Shown here: positions 15,792 to 26,770 of the stretch, piece after piece
Position numbering within the stretch: position 1 is the first letter of the stretch
Layout of the letters: every line of letters begins with the position of its first letter
IMG/VR virus record: IMGVR_UViG_3300016722_000141
Location: 1 to 39,280 of that record
DNA from: a virus
Taxonomy: Duplodnaviria > Caudoviricetes
Direction: 5' to 3' (one strand)
DNA: 39,280 nt
Made by a program: the position numbers and the translations under genes
Notes under the pieces: generated by a model
Databases searched by the model: none
What the model saw: only the letters and a program-made list of their open reading frames with translations
Told to the model about the DNA's origin: nothing

Positions 15792-17410
15792 TGCCGGTTA
15801 AGCCATACATAAAATACGCCCAAGATGTTATCGAAGGAAGCATACCTTGCGGAGAATGGGTTCGGCTTGCCGCAGAACGGTTTTTCCGCCTGATGGAAGA
15901 GGATGCCTATGAATTCAAGCCGGATCGGGTGGACAGAGTCATCTCATTCTTCAAGACACTGAAGCATTTCACAGGACGTCACGCAGGCAAACCATTCATT
16001 CTGCAGCCATGGCAGCAGTTCATCATCGCTTCCATATACGGTTTTTATGTCCGGGAGAGTGGAAAACGTCTTGTCAACTATGTTTATATCGAAATGGCGC
16101 GTAAAAACGGAAAGACCGCATTTGCCGCGGGCATTTGTCTGTATAACCTCATTGCCGACGGGGAAATGGACGCCGAAGTGGATTTGGCCGCCAATTCAAA
16201 GGACCAGGCGAAAATCGCATTCAAATTCTGTTCACAGTTCTCCAAGGAGTTGGATCCTACAGGTAGATACCTCCTGCCCTACCGTGACAAGGTCAAATTT
16301 GACAAGATGATTTCGCTGCTTCAGGTCTTTTCAGCGGATGATACCAAATTGGACGGATTCAACGCTTCCATGTATCTGATCGATGAATACCATGCCGCCA
16401 AGAATACGGGCCTAAAAGACGTGCTGCAATCGTCTCAGGCCATGCGTGAGAACCCGCTGGGTGTGATCATCACGACGGCGGGATTTGACAAGCTGGGACC
16501 TTGTTATGAATACAGGACCATGTGCACGGAGGTATTGAAGGGGCTCAAAGAAAACGATTCCCTCTTTTGTATCATCTACTGCCAGGATGAAAAAGACGAT
16601 TGGAAAGACCCTGCCATATGGGAAAAATCAAATCCGAACCTTGGAATCACCGTACAAAAGGACTATCTCAAGAAGCAGGTCGTGGCAGCCGAGAATTCAC
16701 CGAGTGAGGAAGTGGGCATTAAAACGAAAACATTCAATCTTTGGTGTGATAGTGAAGAAGTCTGGATACCGGAACATTATATTCTGGATGCTTCCAAGGA
16801 CCTTTCATTCGGACAATTCGCCGATATGGATTGCTATTGCGGAGTTGACCTTTCCGCCACATCGGATCTTACCGCCGCCAGTTTCATGTTTCCCACCGAA
16901 GATGCATGCTATTTCATCACGAAATATTATCTGCCACAAATGGCCCTGCAGGAAAAGCGTTTCAAGGAGCTATACGGGAATTGGAAACGTCTAGGACTTA
17001 TAACCATTACGCCGGGCAATGTCGTGGACTATGATTATATACTGAATGACATCATGGACATAGACAAGACCGTCAAGATTCAAAAGATCGCTTATGATGC
17101 ATGGAATGCCACTCAATTTGTCATCAATGCTACCGACCAAGGGCTTCCCATGGAACCCTATTCGCAGACGGTCGGGAATTTCAACAAACCCACAAAAGAG
17201 ATGGAAAGGCTCCTTCTCTCACATAAAGCGATCATTGATAACAACCTTATCAATCGCCACTGTTTCAGAAATGTGGAGATGGCACGGGATCGAAATGGAA
17301 ATATCAAACCATCCAAGCAACACGCCGAAAAGAAGATCGACGGAGTCATCGCCATGATAGAAGCGCTGGGCATTTATCTCGTATCTCCACGCTACGGAAC
17401 ATTTTATTAA
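15791..17410 (+). CDS. terL: Terminase large subunit
   Basis: LQPWQ, ARKNGKT, IDEYH, ITTAG, GVDLS, KIDG motifs. Confidence 0.97.
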   Translation: MPVKPYIKYAQDVIEGSIPCGEWVRLAAERFFRLMEEDAYEFKPDRVDRVISFFKTLKHFTGRHAGKPFILQPWQQFIIASIYGFYVRESGKRLVNYVYIEMARKNGKTAFAAGICLYNLIADGEMDAEVDLAANSKDQAKIAFKFCSQFSKELDPTGRYLLPYRDKVKFDKMISLLQVFSADDTKLDGFNASMYLIDEYHAAKNTGLKDVLQSSQAMRENPLGVIITTAGFDKLGPCYEYRTMCTEVLKGLKENDSLFCIIYCQDEKDDWKDPAIWEKSNPNLGITVQKDYLKKQVVAAENSPSEEVGIKTKTFNLWCDSEEVWIPEHYILDASKDLSFGQFADMDCYCGVDLSATSDLTAASFMFPTEDACYFITKYYLPQMALQEKRFKELYGNWKRLGLITITPGNVVDYDYILNDIMDIDKTVKIQKIAYDAWNATQFVINATDQGLPMEPYSQTVGNFNKPTKEMERLLLSHKAIIDNNLINRHCFRNVEMARDRNGNIKPSKQHAEKKIDGVIAMIEALGIYLVSPRYGTFY

Positions 17411-17413
17411 AAT

Positions 17414-17433
17414 TGTCCGACACTTTTTTGGTT
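17414..17433 (+). promoter_or_regulatory. Late-gene motif copy 2
   Basis: TGTCCGACA-CTTTTTT-GGTT upstream of portal. Confidence 0.7.
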
Positions 17434-17452
17434 TCCTGTAAAACCCTGTGAA

Positions 17453-18697
17453 ATGAGATTTTTAGGATATGAAATAAGGAAAGCCACAAAAACGGAGATA
17501 AACAATTTTACCGCATGGAACTCGAATACACCGACATTCTTGTCCTCACGCAGCAAACCGATGCTGCTCAGTACCGTATATCGGTGTGTAGACCTGATCA
17601 GCGATTCAATCGGTGTACTTCCCCTGAAGACCTACAAAATAGATAAAGACGGTTTTAAAACCGAAGACAGGAACCATCCGGCTTATTACATATTGGATTT
17701 GGAACCGAATGAGAACATGACAAGGTATGTTTTCATGAAGACGCTCATGACATCCGTCCTCTTGACCGGAAACGGATACGCCTATATTGATCGTGATAAG
17801 GACAATTCCATTCAGCAGTTGGTCTATATCCCAACACCTGCCTGTTCCATCGTATGGGTGACAGACGACCAAGGTACCAAAAGGAAAAGATATAAGGTGA
17901 CAGGATTCAGTGACTTGGTAGAACCCAAGGATATGATCCATGTCCTGAATTTCACTTACGACGGTATTATCGGGGTTTCGACCTTGGAGCATGCAAGGCA
18001 GACTATCGATATTGCAACGTTATCCGAAGAGCATGCGAAAGGGTTCCTGAAAAGTGGGGCGGCAACAAGCGGGGTATTGACCGTTGAAGGCACTCGAATG
18101 AGTAAAGAGCAGAAAGACCAGGTTTATAAGACATGGTCCGACAGGACGGATCCGGTCACCGGACATCCCAATGGCATCACGATATTGGAAGGAAACATGA
18201 AATACCAACCCATATCCATTTCTCCGAAAGATTCACAACTTCTCGAAAGCAGGCAATTCAACGTAGTGGATATATGCCGTTTTTTCTCCGTTTCCCCTGT
18301 CAAGGCCTTCGACCTTTCAAAATCTTCCTACTCCACGGTCGAAGCTACACAACTGCAGTATCTCACCGATACGGCCCTTGCCGTAATTACGAAAATAGAG
18401 CAGGAAATCAATAGAAAAATATTCATGCCCAACGAATGGGGAAAGGAAGTGGCGGAATTCAACACCTCAGCCATTCTTCGTACCGATAAGGCGGCACAAG
18501 CCAGTTATTGGCGCAATATGTTCCAAACGGCGTCCGCCACTCCGAATGAGATCCGCAGGGAAATGAACCTACCCAAGATAGAAAACGGGGACAAAGCCTT
18601 CATACAAGTCAATATGCAGACCTTGGACAATGCCATAAAAGAAAAAGTGTCCGACACTCAAATGGTTAATAAGAAAGACGATAAAACTACCGAATAA
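17453..18697 (+). CDS. Portal protein (HK97 family)
   Basis: VYRCVDLIS, LLTGNGY, ICRFFSV, TPNEIR motifs. Confidence 0.95.
   Translation: MRFLGYEIRKATKTEINNFTAWNSNTPTFLSSRSKPMLLSTVYRCVDLISDSIGVLPLKTYKIDKDGFKTEDRNHPAYYILDLEPNENMTRYVFMKTLMTSVLLTGNGYAYIDRDKDNSIQQLVYIPTPACSIVWVTDDQGTKRKRYKVTGFSDLVEPKDMIHVLNFTYDGIIGVSTLEHARQTIDIATLSEEHAKGFLKSGAATSGVLTVEGTRMSKEQKDQVYKTWSDRTDPVTGHPNGITILEGNMKYQPISISPKDSQLLESRQFNVVDICRFFSVSPVKAFDLSKSSYSTVEATQLQYLTDTALAVITKIEQEINRKIFMPNEWGKEVAEFNTSAILRTDKAAQASYWRNMFQTASATPNEIRREMNLPKIENGDKAFIQVNMQTLDNAIKEKVSDTQMVNKKDDKTTE
18648..18667 (+). promoter_or_regulatory. Late-gene motif copy 3
   Basis: TGTCCGACA-CTCAAAT-GGTT in the portal 3' end, upstream of protease/capsid. 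Confidence 0.7.
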
Positions 18698-19296
18698 TGA
18701 ACGAAGAGAACAAAAAGGAAACAAGGAATTTCGTCTCCAATATCAACGTTGTAGGCGAAGACGACGAAAAAAGGACGGTGGAAGGATACGCCATGCTGTT
18801 CGATACGCCTTCCGACGGCCTTTCTTTCACGGAAAAGATAGAAAGGGGCGCACTGGATGGAGTGATCGGGAAAAGTGACGTGTTCGCACTGCTCAACCAT
18901 GATCAGTTCCGGGGCATTTTGGCACGTTCCAACAAGGGAAAAGGCTCACTTACCCTAGGAGTAGACGATAAAGGCCTTTTATACCGGTTTGAGGCACCGA
19001 AGACCCCGCTTGGCGACGAGTTGCTGGAAAATCTCAAACGCGGGGAAGTAAACCAGTCTTCTTTCTGTTTCGATGTGGAGTCGGACACTTGGACAAAAGA
19101 CAAGAACGGGCACTATACGAGAACCATCCACAAGATAGGCAACCTCTATGACGTATCTCCCGTCTATAATGCCGCCTATTCGAAAACATCCGTGTACACG
19201 AGAGGAAAAGAAGACCTTGACAAATCGCAAGAGGAGATTGCACAACACGAACTTGATACCTACTATGAGAATTTAAACAGAAGTATTAATATTTAA
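18697..19296 (+). CDS. Prohead protease (HK97 family)
   Basis: VEGYA, LLNHD, SSFCF, DVSPV..AAY motifs. Confidence 0.95.
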   Translation: MNEENKKETRNFVSNINVVGEDDEKRTVEGYAMLFDTPSDGLSFTEKIERGALDGVIGKSDVFALLNHDQFRGILARSNKGKGSLTLGVDDKGLLYRFEAPKTPLGDELLENLKRGEVNQSSFCFDVESDTWTKDKNGHYTRTIHKIGNLYDVSPVYNAAYSKTSVYTRGKEDLDKSQEEIAQHELDTYYENLNRSINI

Positions 19297-19309
19297 CGAC
19301 AAAAGAACT

Positions 19310-20551
19310 ATGCCAAAGGAAAAAAGTACGACAGAACTGCGTGAAGAGAAAAAAGGACTTCAAAAGCGTTCAAAAGAAATCACCGATAAAGCCAAAGGTG
19401 AAAAAAGGATGCTTTCTGCCGCAGAGCAGGAAGAAATCGGCGGTATTCAGTGCCGCATGCAGGAAATTAACGTGGAAGTAGACCGTATGGACGATGAGAA
19501 CCGTTCCGCACATCAACCCCACATGCAACCGAAAGAAAGATTCTCACTTCGCCGGGCTATTGTGGCGAGCCTTTATGGAGAAGAACAAAGGGAAGCCGAA
19601 CAGAATGTGATCAACGAAGGCATACAGGCCCAAAATGGTACGGGTATTGCAACCCGTAGCGGAAAGCACTCCATTTGCATACCGATCGAGTCGCGCGCGG
19701 CCTTTACCGCGGCCAACGAAGCATCCACCGGTGTGATTGTCGATACCGACAAACAGGAGATACTGTTACCTCTCGAGCCCAATCTGGTACTTTCAAAAGC
19801 GGGGGTGAGAATGATGACGGGACTTCGTGGAAATATCATGTGGCCAAACACTTCCAAGGCAAACGTATTCTGGGAAGGTGAAAATACCGAAGCCAAAGAC
19901 GGTGCAAATACCATATCGAAGGGTACGATATTCCAACCGAAACGTCTTACGGCATACGTGGACATCTCCGAACAGCTTCTCGTACAGGAAAACATGTCTG
20001 TGGAGAATTTGGTGCGCCAACTTCTCGCCGTAGCCATTTCGCAAAAGATAGAAGCGACGGCCTTTTCCACCGAAGCGCATGACGACTTGGTACCGGACGG
20101 AATGTTTCAAACGGTTCCTACGGCCGTAACAGGTGCCATGTCATGGGCGAATATCGTCAAGTTGGAAACGTTAGCGGACTGCAACAATGCCCTCTTCGGA
20201 AGCTTGGCTTATGTCATGCATCCCTCTCTTATCGGATCCGCAAAGACGAAAGTCAAGGATGCGAGCGGAGCAGGCGGTTTCATCTTCGGAAACGACGGCG
20301 CCGGAATGCTCAACGGCTATCGTGCATTCCGTTCTACGAATATCCCTTCGGGATTACAGACGGATAAGGATGAATACGGTATCGTATTCGGTGACTGGTC
20401 CCAATATTTCTTGGGACAATGGGGAGCTATAAACCTTATCGTCGATCAATACACGAAAGATTTGGAGGCGACCATCAGGATCGTGGTCAATTCTTACTGG
20501 AATATGGGCTTCGTCCGTAAAGAATCGTTTACCATCGGTTCGATGAAATAA
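19310..20551 (+). CDS. Major capsid protein (HK97 fold, N-terminal delta domain)
   Basis: Coiled-coil N-terminus, WEGE, ISEQLL, FGDWS. Confidence 0.95.
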   Translation: MPKEKSTTELREEKKGLQKRSKEITDKAKGEKRMLSAAEQEEIGGIQCRMQEINVEVDRMDDENRSAHQPHMQPKERFSLRRAIVASLYGEEQREAEQNVINEGIQAQNGTGIATRSGKHSICIPIESRAAFTAANEASTGVIVDTDKQEILLPLEPNLVLSKAGVRMMTGLRGNIMWPNTSKANVFWEGENTEAKDGANTISKGTIFQPKRLTAYVDISEQLLVQENMSVENLVRQLLAVAISQKIEATAFSTEAHDDLVPDGMFQTVPTAVTGAMSWANIVKLETLADCNNALFGSLAYVMHPSLIGSAKTKVKDASGAGGFIFGNDGAGMLNGYRAFRSTNIPSGLQTDKDEYGIVFGDWSQYFLGQWGAINLIVDQYTKDLEATIRIVVNSYWNMGFVRKESFTIGSMK

Positions 20552-20862
20552 TGAAGTACGTTACGCTCGATATGGCCAAAAGACAATGCAATGTGGAATC
20601 GTGGTTTACGGACGACGATTCCTACATCACATTGTTATGTGACATATGCGAAGAAAAGATAGCCTCCTATCTGTGTGTGTCCATCGATGCACTTGCCTCC
20701 ATAGGCGGAAGTGAGAAAATCCCCGGGCCGATAGTTCTGGCTATTCTTCTTAACGTTGCGGAATACTATAAATACAGGGAAGATACCACCGGAATTCAAT
20801 CCAAAGCACTTGTTCCAAGATATCTTCCCCTTCTGGGACTATATAGGGATTTTTCAAAATGA
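20551..20862 (+). CDS. Head-tail connector (HK97 gp6-like)
   Basis: VTLDMAK...DDDSYI...AILLNVAEYYKYRE. Confidence 0.88.
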   Translation: MKYVTLDMAKRQCNVESWFTDDDSYITLLCDICEEKIASYLCVSIDALASIGGSEKIPGPIVLAILLNVAEYYKYREDTTGIQSKALVPRYLPLLGLYRDFSK

Positions 20863-21182
20863 ATGCGGGAACTTTGGTATATAGATTGGAGTTTCAGGAG
20901 CTCATAAAAAAGCAGAATGAAACCGGAGAAGAAACGAAGACGTACAGCAAGGCATTTGTCTGCCGTGCCGCAAAGGTCAAGTCCGATACAAGCATCAAGT
21001 CCGGCATAAATGCCAAAGAGCTTTTTGACAATATGGATCTGGTATTTCGGGTGCGTAACTATCCGCAGATAAAAGACACACACAGGGTAGTTTACGACGG
21101 GAACACTTATCGGATAAAGTTTTTTGAGAGAATGGCCGAAGACAATTCTATCAGATTGACGCTTGAAAAATTAAATCCATGA
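20859..21182 (+). CDS. Head closure protein
   Basis: MNAGTL..RL, RVVYDGNTYRI; synteny. Confidence 0.85.
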   Translation: MNAGTLVYRLEFQELIKKQNETGEETKTYSKAFVCRAAKVKSDTSIKSGINAKELFDNMDLVFRVRNYPQIKDTHRVVYDGNTYRIKFFERMAEDNSIRLTLEKLNP

Positions 21183-21637
21183 TAGTAACAAACTATGACG
21201 AGAGGGACGTTTTGTATCTGGTCCGAAACCTTGATGATTTCGATAAGAACAAGGCTATCAAGAACGGGATACGTGCAGCTCTGGACGTTTTTAAGCGCAA
21301 GGGTAAAGCCAATCTGCTTGAAAGGATGCTTTATCACGGTAAACACACCAATGCACTGGAGAACTCCTTCAGGACCCAAACAAGAAGAAATAATCTCGGC
21401 GGATATACCGGTTTTTTAAGAAGCACCAGATGGGTGCAATACAAGAACGCCGGCAACCATGCCCACCTCGTGGATCTCGGGACAGCTGCCAGGTATACGA
21501 AAAAAGGGAGTTACCGTGGAATTATGCCGGCCAACCATTTCTGGACGGATGCCTTCGAAAGTGAAAAGGATACGGCGGCCGAAAGGATGATGGAAGCCAT
21601 CAGGATAAACGTAGAACGTATAAATGCAAGAAGATGA
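21179..21637 (+). CDS. HK97 gp10-like tail completion protein
   Basis: HAHLVDLGT, MPANHFWTDA. Confidence 0.8.
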   Translation: MIVTNYDERDVLYLVRNLDDFDKNKAIKNGIRAALDVFKRKGKANLLERMLYHGKHTNALENSFRTQTRRNNLGGYTGFLRSTRWVQYKNAGNHAHLVDLGTAARYTKKGSYRGIMPANHFWTDAFESEKDTAAERMMEAIRINVERINARR

Positions 21638-22005
21638 TCAATCCATTCAGTGCAACGACAGAAATAAGAAGTTTGCTCATCGCTGACGATACTTTAAAAT
21701 CATTGGTGGGAGGCAAAATTTACCCTATTGTGGCACCCGAACAGACAGAAGGCGATTTTATTTTCTATCAGCGTGACGGTATCAAGGAAAGTGAAACGAA
21801 ACTGGGAACTTCCGATATGACCGCAATCGTGAATATAGGTGTCATTTCGGAGAGTTACGAGCGTTCACAACAAATTTCGATGGCCATCTATAAATGTCTG
21901 GAAGGGAATTATAGCGGGGACGTTAGGGAAATAAGGCTAAAGGATTCCACAGAGGACCTTGTAGATAAAAAATACATTCAAATTCTTCAATTTACCATTA
22001 AATAA
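21634..22005 (+). CDS. Tail terminator (DUF3168-like)
   Basis: LVGGKIYPIVAPE; synteny. Confidence 0.8.
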   Translation: MINPFSATTEIRSLLIADDTLKSLVGGKIYPIVAPEQTEGDFIFYQRDGIKESETKLGTSDMTAIVNIGVISESYERSQQISMAIYKCLEGNYSGDVREIRLKDSTEDLVDKKYIQILQFTIK

Positions 22006-22012
22006 CAAAATC

Positions 22013-22495
22013 ATGTCAGCAGTAAAATTAGATTCAAGTGCGGATATTTTCACCGGTTCGCTTATGCTGTTTCTCGGTGATAATCCGCTGGCATTCGAGA
22101 AATCGAGCAAATTATCCGTCAATACGGATGAAATCGACATTACCAACAAGACTATGGGTGATTGGGCGGGTTCCCTGTCCGGTAAGAAGTCGTTTACCTT
22201 TTCAAGTGATGCCCTTACAACCAAGAAAGAAGGTGCGTTCAGCTATGACAGCCTCTTGGACGCACAAATAGCAGGTACACCCCTTGACTTTAAATTCTCT
22301 CCGGGAACATCGGCGGATAAAGATTCTTTCGGCGGGACATTCACGCCCGATACCAAACAGAGATCATATCAGGGGAAAGTGATCATCACATCCCTTGAAT
22401 TATCATCCGAAGCGGGGACTTTGGTTACCTGTAGCGCAACTTTCAAAGGAGTCGGTGCACTTAAACCCGTAGAAGCGGTTAAAGCCGCAAGTTAA
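22013..22495 (+). CDS. Tail tube protein
   Basis: IDITNK..GDW...LSGKKS, YQGKVIITSLE, FKGVGAL. Confidence 0.88.
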   Translation: MSAVKLDSSADIFTGSLMLFLGDNPLAFEKSSKLSVNTDEIDITNKTMGDWAGSLSGKKSFTFSSDALTTKKEGAFSYDSLLDAQIAGTPLDFKFSPGTSADKDSFGGTFTPDTKQRSYQGKVIITSLELSSEAGTLVTCSATFKGVGALKPVEAVKAAS

Positions 22496-22523
22496 ATTTC
22501 AGCTTGTATAATTAAATGGAGGT

Positions 22524-22548
22524 GGGAGGTAATAAGCCTCCCTTTTTT
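22524..22548 (+). terminator. Intrinsic terminator after tail tube
   Basis: GGGAGGT-AATAA-GCCTCCC-TTTTTT. Confidence 0.85.
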
Positions 22549-22551
22549 CTT

Positions 22552-23145
22552 ATGAAAATAACGCTTAAAGACATCATACGCTGGGAACAGCTTACCGGAA
22601 AGTCCTTTTTCAATATCGATTATTCGAATGAATACGATCTTGAATACCTATTGTATATATGTGATAATTCAGAGGTTACGTTCGATACCTTCAAGGAAGT
22701 CTTTAAAAGTAGAAAAGTCGTCGATAAGATGCTCAAAGACCTAAACCGGTACCTTGCCATATCTTCCCAATTCATGCCAAAACAAGAGGATGGCAAAAGC
22801 GGGGAAAAAGATACAAGATACATGAAAGACGTGGTTTCCTTCATTATCGTTTCAGGTGTTGATCCTCATTTTGTCATGGAAGAAATGGAGTTGCAGGATT
22901 TGCCCCTGATAGTAAAAGCGTTGGAAACGAAAAGGCGGATAAGCTTGGAAGACAAGAGGACTTTCACATATCTCACCATGTTACCCCATATAGATACTTC
23001 CAAACTGAAGAACGGAATGGAAGACATCCTTTCTTTTCCTTGGGACAGCGAGAAGCCCACAGCTGAAAAACAGCCCGTCATGAGCGAAGAAGAATTTGAC
23101 AGGATAATGGAACAATATAAGAAACGAGACAATGGCACAACTTAA
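22552..23145 (+). CDS. Tail assembly chaperone (single ORF)
   Basis: Between tail tube and tape measure; ATG 22552 lies after the terminator; C-terminal FPWD motif. Confidence 0.7.
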   Translation: MKITLKDIIRWEQLTGKSFFNIDYSNEYDLEYLLYICDNSEVTFDTFKEVFKSRKVVDKMLKDLNRYLAISSQFMPKQEDGKSGEKDTRYMKDVVSFIIVSGVDPHFVMEEMELQDLPLIVKALETKRRISLEDKRTFTYLTMLPHIDTSKLKNGMEDILSFPWDSEKPTAEKQPVMSEEEFDRIMEQYKKRDNGTT

Positions 23146-26100
23146 TTTTTCAATCGCACTGAATCTGCTCACCGACAAGTTTAAAAACGGTGTAAGCAGT
23201 GTAAAAAGCGGATTTGCTTCCATAAAGGTACAAGTAATGACTTTCGTTGCAGCCCTCAGGGTTGCGGATTTGTCGTTATCGGGGTTTGTATCCAAGCTCG
23301 TCGATACGGCCCGTGAGACAAACAGGGTTACTACGGCCCTTAAAAATATATCTCCAAATATAGACACCTATGTGAAGAGCCAAAAATGGCTTATTGATTT
23401 GTCAGAGAAATACGGTGTGGAGGTCAATTCACTTACGGGTGAATTCGCCAAATTCACTGCGGCGGGTAACATTATGAATATGCCTCTGAAGGATCAGAAA
23501 AAGATTTTTGAATCGGTAGCCCGTGCCTGTTCGGGATTCGCCTTGACTGCGGACGATACCAATTCCGTCTTTCTGGCGCTATCCCAAATGATGGGTAAAG
23601 GAAAGATTCAGGCACAGGAACTCCGTCTGCAGATGGGCGAAAAATTACCTGTGGCGATTCAGGCCATGGCACTTGCCGCAGGCGGTTCAGTCGGGAACAT
23701 GGAAAAGATGATGAAGGACGGCAAATTATTGTCGAAGGATGTCTTACCTAAGTTCGCCGACGCCCTGAACAAGTTGATTCCCAATGTGAATACGGATAAT
23801 CTCGAGACATCCGTCAAACGTATGGATAATGCGTTTACCGGAATGGTCAAGAATACAACCGTACAACAAAAATACAAGTCCCTGATAGATTGGATAACAT
23901 CGGCACTTAGGACGGCTTCGGACAATATAAAAAATATCATATCCGGCTTTTGGTCGGTCGTTATCGGGTATATCGTTTCCAAAGGGGCTGAATTCATTCT
24001 TACCAGTGCGAAACAGGCAAAAACACTGGAAGCCCAAGCCTATAAATCAAATACGGCGCTGCTTAATGCGACGAAAGAAAGAATCGCCGCTGAAGTGGCG
24101 GTTGAAAGAAGCGGCGGTTCTTTACAATCGGAAATGAGACTGAGTGCCGCTCTGCAGGCTGAAGAATTGGCAAAGAAAGATACTCGGGTGGCATTGGATA
24201 AAAAACGTAATGAGGATCTCATCAAAAATGCGAATCTGTCATCCGATAAATTAATAAGCATTACAAAACAGCGGTTGGGCGCAGAAGAGGAAATGAAACT
24301 TGCCAATACCGCGCTTATAAATGCGAAGACAGAGGAAGAAACACAAGCGGCACAAAAAAGGATAAAAGACGCCGACGCTTCCTATTTCAAATATATCAAG
24401 AAAGAATCGGTCGCTGCAGAGGAAGCCCGGGTAGCGGCAATAAATGCTTCTTCCGCTGAAATTCCCGGCAAATGGGAGAAAGCATGCAATACCATGAAAA
24501 CGGCTACTGCCCGATTCGCGGTGGCCGTCAAATCGATTTTGTCTTCCATGGTTCCGATGGCGTTCTTCACCATAATAGCCATGATAGGAACAAAGTTATA
24601 TAACACTTATGAGCGTTCGAAGCAGATAAAGGAGATGTTGTCGGATGCTAAAGAAGGGATCAAAAATGCCGGTAACACAGAAGACGTGCAGAAATTAAAA
24701 AATGAACTTGAATTTGTAAACAACATAAAAAATAACCTTTCAGCCAGGAAAAATGTTCTGAAGGACTTGAATACGCAACTAAACACCAACTTCTCCATTG
24801 ATGCAAAAAGCTTGATAATCAACGGAAATATAAACGGCAAAGTCAAGGAAAGAATCGAATTGCTCAAAAAGGCTGCCATAGCGGAGCACTCCATTGAAGG
24901 GGAACTGAACACGGCGGATAAAAGAAGGAATGTTTTAAAACAAATGTCAAAGGATCTGGCAGGTTTTCGAGATATAAGAAAAAGAACCGGAGCAAGAGGT
25001 GACGCAAACGCTTTTAACGGAGCATTGAAAAACGATTTGAATGAACTGGGAGAACTCGCCAAAACAAAGAGCTATTATCACAAATTGGGACAAACCAACT
25101 TGAATAATAAAAACAATAATGTGACGATTCCTCAAGGAGACACTACAAATAATAAAAAACATAAAAAGACAGAGCTTGAAAGATTGGAAGAAGAATATTA
25201 TAAAGAATACATCAAGCTCCGCATCCAACTCAAATATAAAGAAATAACCCAATCAAAATACAATAAAGAGTATGATGAACTGAATGTAAAAACCCTGTCC
25301 GAATTAAGGGGAAATAAGATAACGACAGGATCGTTTTATGGTTTGATGCTTAAAAAAGCGAATAACCCCATATCCAACCCCAATGATTCACTGAAGGATA
25401 TTGAAAAGGAGTATTCCGATAAGATGAAGGTGAATGAAAAGTTATATGCCAATCATGCCATCACCCAACAGGAATTGAGTGACGCGACAAAAAATCTTGC
25501 CTCGGAATACATGCAGCAGGCGCAAGGCATCAAGAATATCGGCAACAAGGCAAACGGCTTTTTGGCCAAGTTGAAATCAGACGTCGCCCTTTCAGATCTT
25601 TCGGGAGTTGAAAACAGATATAGTGAAGAGGTGGAAGCCAACAGAAAAATGCTGGAAACCGGACTCATGTCGCAGGAAGATTATAACAAAGCGGTCCTGG
25701 ACCTTTCACTTCAATCTGCAAAATCTGCCGCATCAATTGAAAATATAGGCAGGGGTGCCGACAAATTTGTGGGAAACATGCAAAAAACGGCATTAAGCAA
25801 CCTGGATATACCAAGTCTGAAAGACAAAAAAGCGGATACCACTTTTGACTATAGGAAGCAGAAAAATGAATCCAATGAAGAAGACTTGCAAAGAGTTGAA
25901 GAATATATTCAAATACTCAAAGATAAGGCAAAAGAACTGGGAGATACCATATCCACCGAAATCGATAAAAAGATCGTAGAGGCGGAAAGTAAAGAGAAAG
26001 TTCTGAAACTGGTTGTCTTAAAACAAGATATTAAAGACATTCAAAAGGAATTGTCACGGAATAGTTGGGACGGGATAAAAGACGCCGTCAGCGGAGTGGA

Positions 26101-26770
26101 AAATGTCTCCAGCTCAGTAGAAAACCTCACGGGCACATTGAAAAGCAATGCAAGTACCTGGAAAAAGTTAATGGCTCTTTGGGATGCTTTTTCTTCTGTA
26201 GTGGATACGATCAACTCAGTATCCGACACGATCGAAAATTTGACGGAATTAACCACTAAACTAGGACTTGCCAAAAAAGCGGAAACGGTCATACAAGCAA
26301 GCACGCAAGCAACAGAATCAGCAGCTGTAACAGCCGGAGCGACTGCCCATGTTACGGCAAAAGGGACAGAAATAGCTGCAAATAAAGCGGCACAAGTATC
26401 CGCCCAGGGGGTGATGGCCGCAGAAAGCGCAGCCGCTTACGCAGGTATTCCATTTATTGGAGCCGAACTGGCATCAGGTCAAGTCGCAGCCTTATTAGCC
26501 ATGATTAAAACAGCGGAAATACCCGCTTTTGCAACAGGAGGTATCATCGGTGGGACAAATGATGTCGGGGATAAGGTCATAGCCAGAGTAAACAGTGGAG
26601 AGATGGTTTTAAACAAATCACAGCAATCCAATCTGTTCAAGGCTATAAACAGCGGAGCACTAGGCAACAGTTCCGTCATAAACAGCATCATTACCTCCAG
26701 AGTCAGGGGAACCGATATTTTATTGACTATAAACAATGAATTAAAGAGAAAAGGGAAAAAAACGTTATGA
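23132..26770 (+). CDS. Tape measure protein
   Basis: 1212 aa, Ala-rich helical; ALSQMMGKGKIQAQELRLQ; C-terminal FATGG, RVNSGEMVLN. Confidence 0.95.
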   Translation: MAQLNFSIALNLLTDKFKNGVSSVKSGFASIKVQVMTFVAALRVADLSLSGFVSKLVDTARETNRVTTALKNISPNIDTYVKSQKWLIDLSEKYGVEVNSLTGEFAKFTAAGNIMNMPLKDQKKIFESVARACSGFALTADDTNSVFLALSQMMGKGKIQAQELRLQMGEKLPVAIQAMALAAGGSVGNMEKMMKDGKLLSKDVLPKFADALNKLIPNVNTDNLETSVKRMDNAFTGMVKNTTVQQKYKSLIDWITSALRTASDNIKNIISGFWSVVIGYIVSKGAEFILTSAKQAKTLEAQAYKSNTALLNATKERIAAEVAVERSGGSLQSEMRLSAALQAEELAKKDTRVALDKKRNEDLIKNANLSSDKLISITKQRLGAEEEMKLANTALINAKTEEETQAAQKRIKDADASYFKYIKKESVAAEEARVAAINASSAEIPGKWEKACNTMKTATARFAVAVKSILSSMVPMAFFTIIAMIGTKLYNTYERSKQIKEMLSDAKEGIKNAGNTEDVQKLKNELEFVNNIKNNLSARKNVLKDLNTQLNTNFSIDAKSLIINGNINGKVKERIELLKKAAIAEHSIEGELNTADKRRNVLKQMSKDLAGFRDIRKRTGARGDANAFNGALKNDLNELGELAKTKSYYHKLGQTNLNNKNNNVTIPQGDTTNNKKHKKTELERLEEEYYKEYIKLRIQLKYKEITQSKYNKEYDELNVKTLSELRGNKITTGSFYGLMLKKANNPISNPNDSLKDIEKEYSDKMKVNEKLYANHAITQQELSDATKNLASEYMQQAQGIKNIGNKANGFLAKLKSDVALSDLSGVENRYSEEVEANRKMLETGLMSQEDYNKAVLDLSLQSAKSAASIENIGRGADKFVGNMQKTALSNLDIPSLKDKKADTTFDYRKQKNESNEEDLQRVEEYIQILKDKAKELGDTISTEIDKKIVEAESKEKVLKLVVLKQDIKDIQKELSRNSWDGIKDAVSGVENVSSSVENLTGTLKSNASTWKKLMALWDAFSSVVDTINSVSDTIENLTELTTKLGLAKKAETVIQASTQATESAAVTAGATAHVTAKGTEIAANKAAQVSAQGVMAAESAAAYAGIPFIGAELASGQVAALLAMIKTAEIPAFATGGIIGGTNDVGDKVIARVNSGEMVLNKSQQSNLFKAINSGALGNSSVINSIITSRVRGTDILLTINNELKRKGKKTL

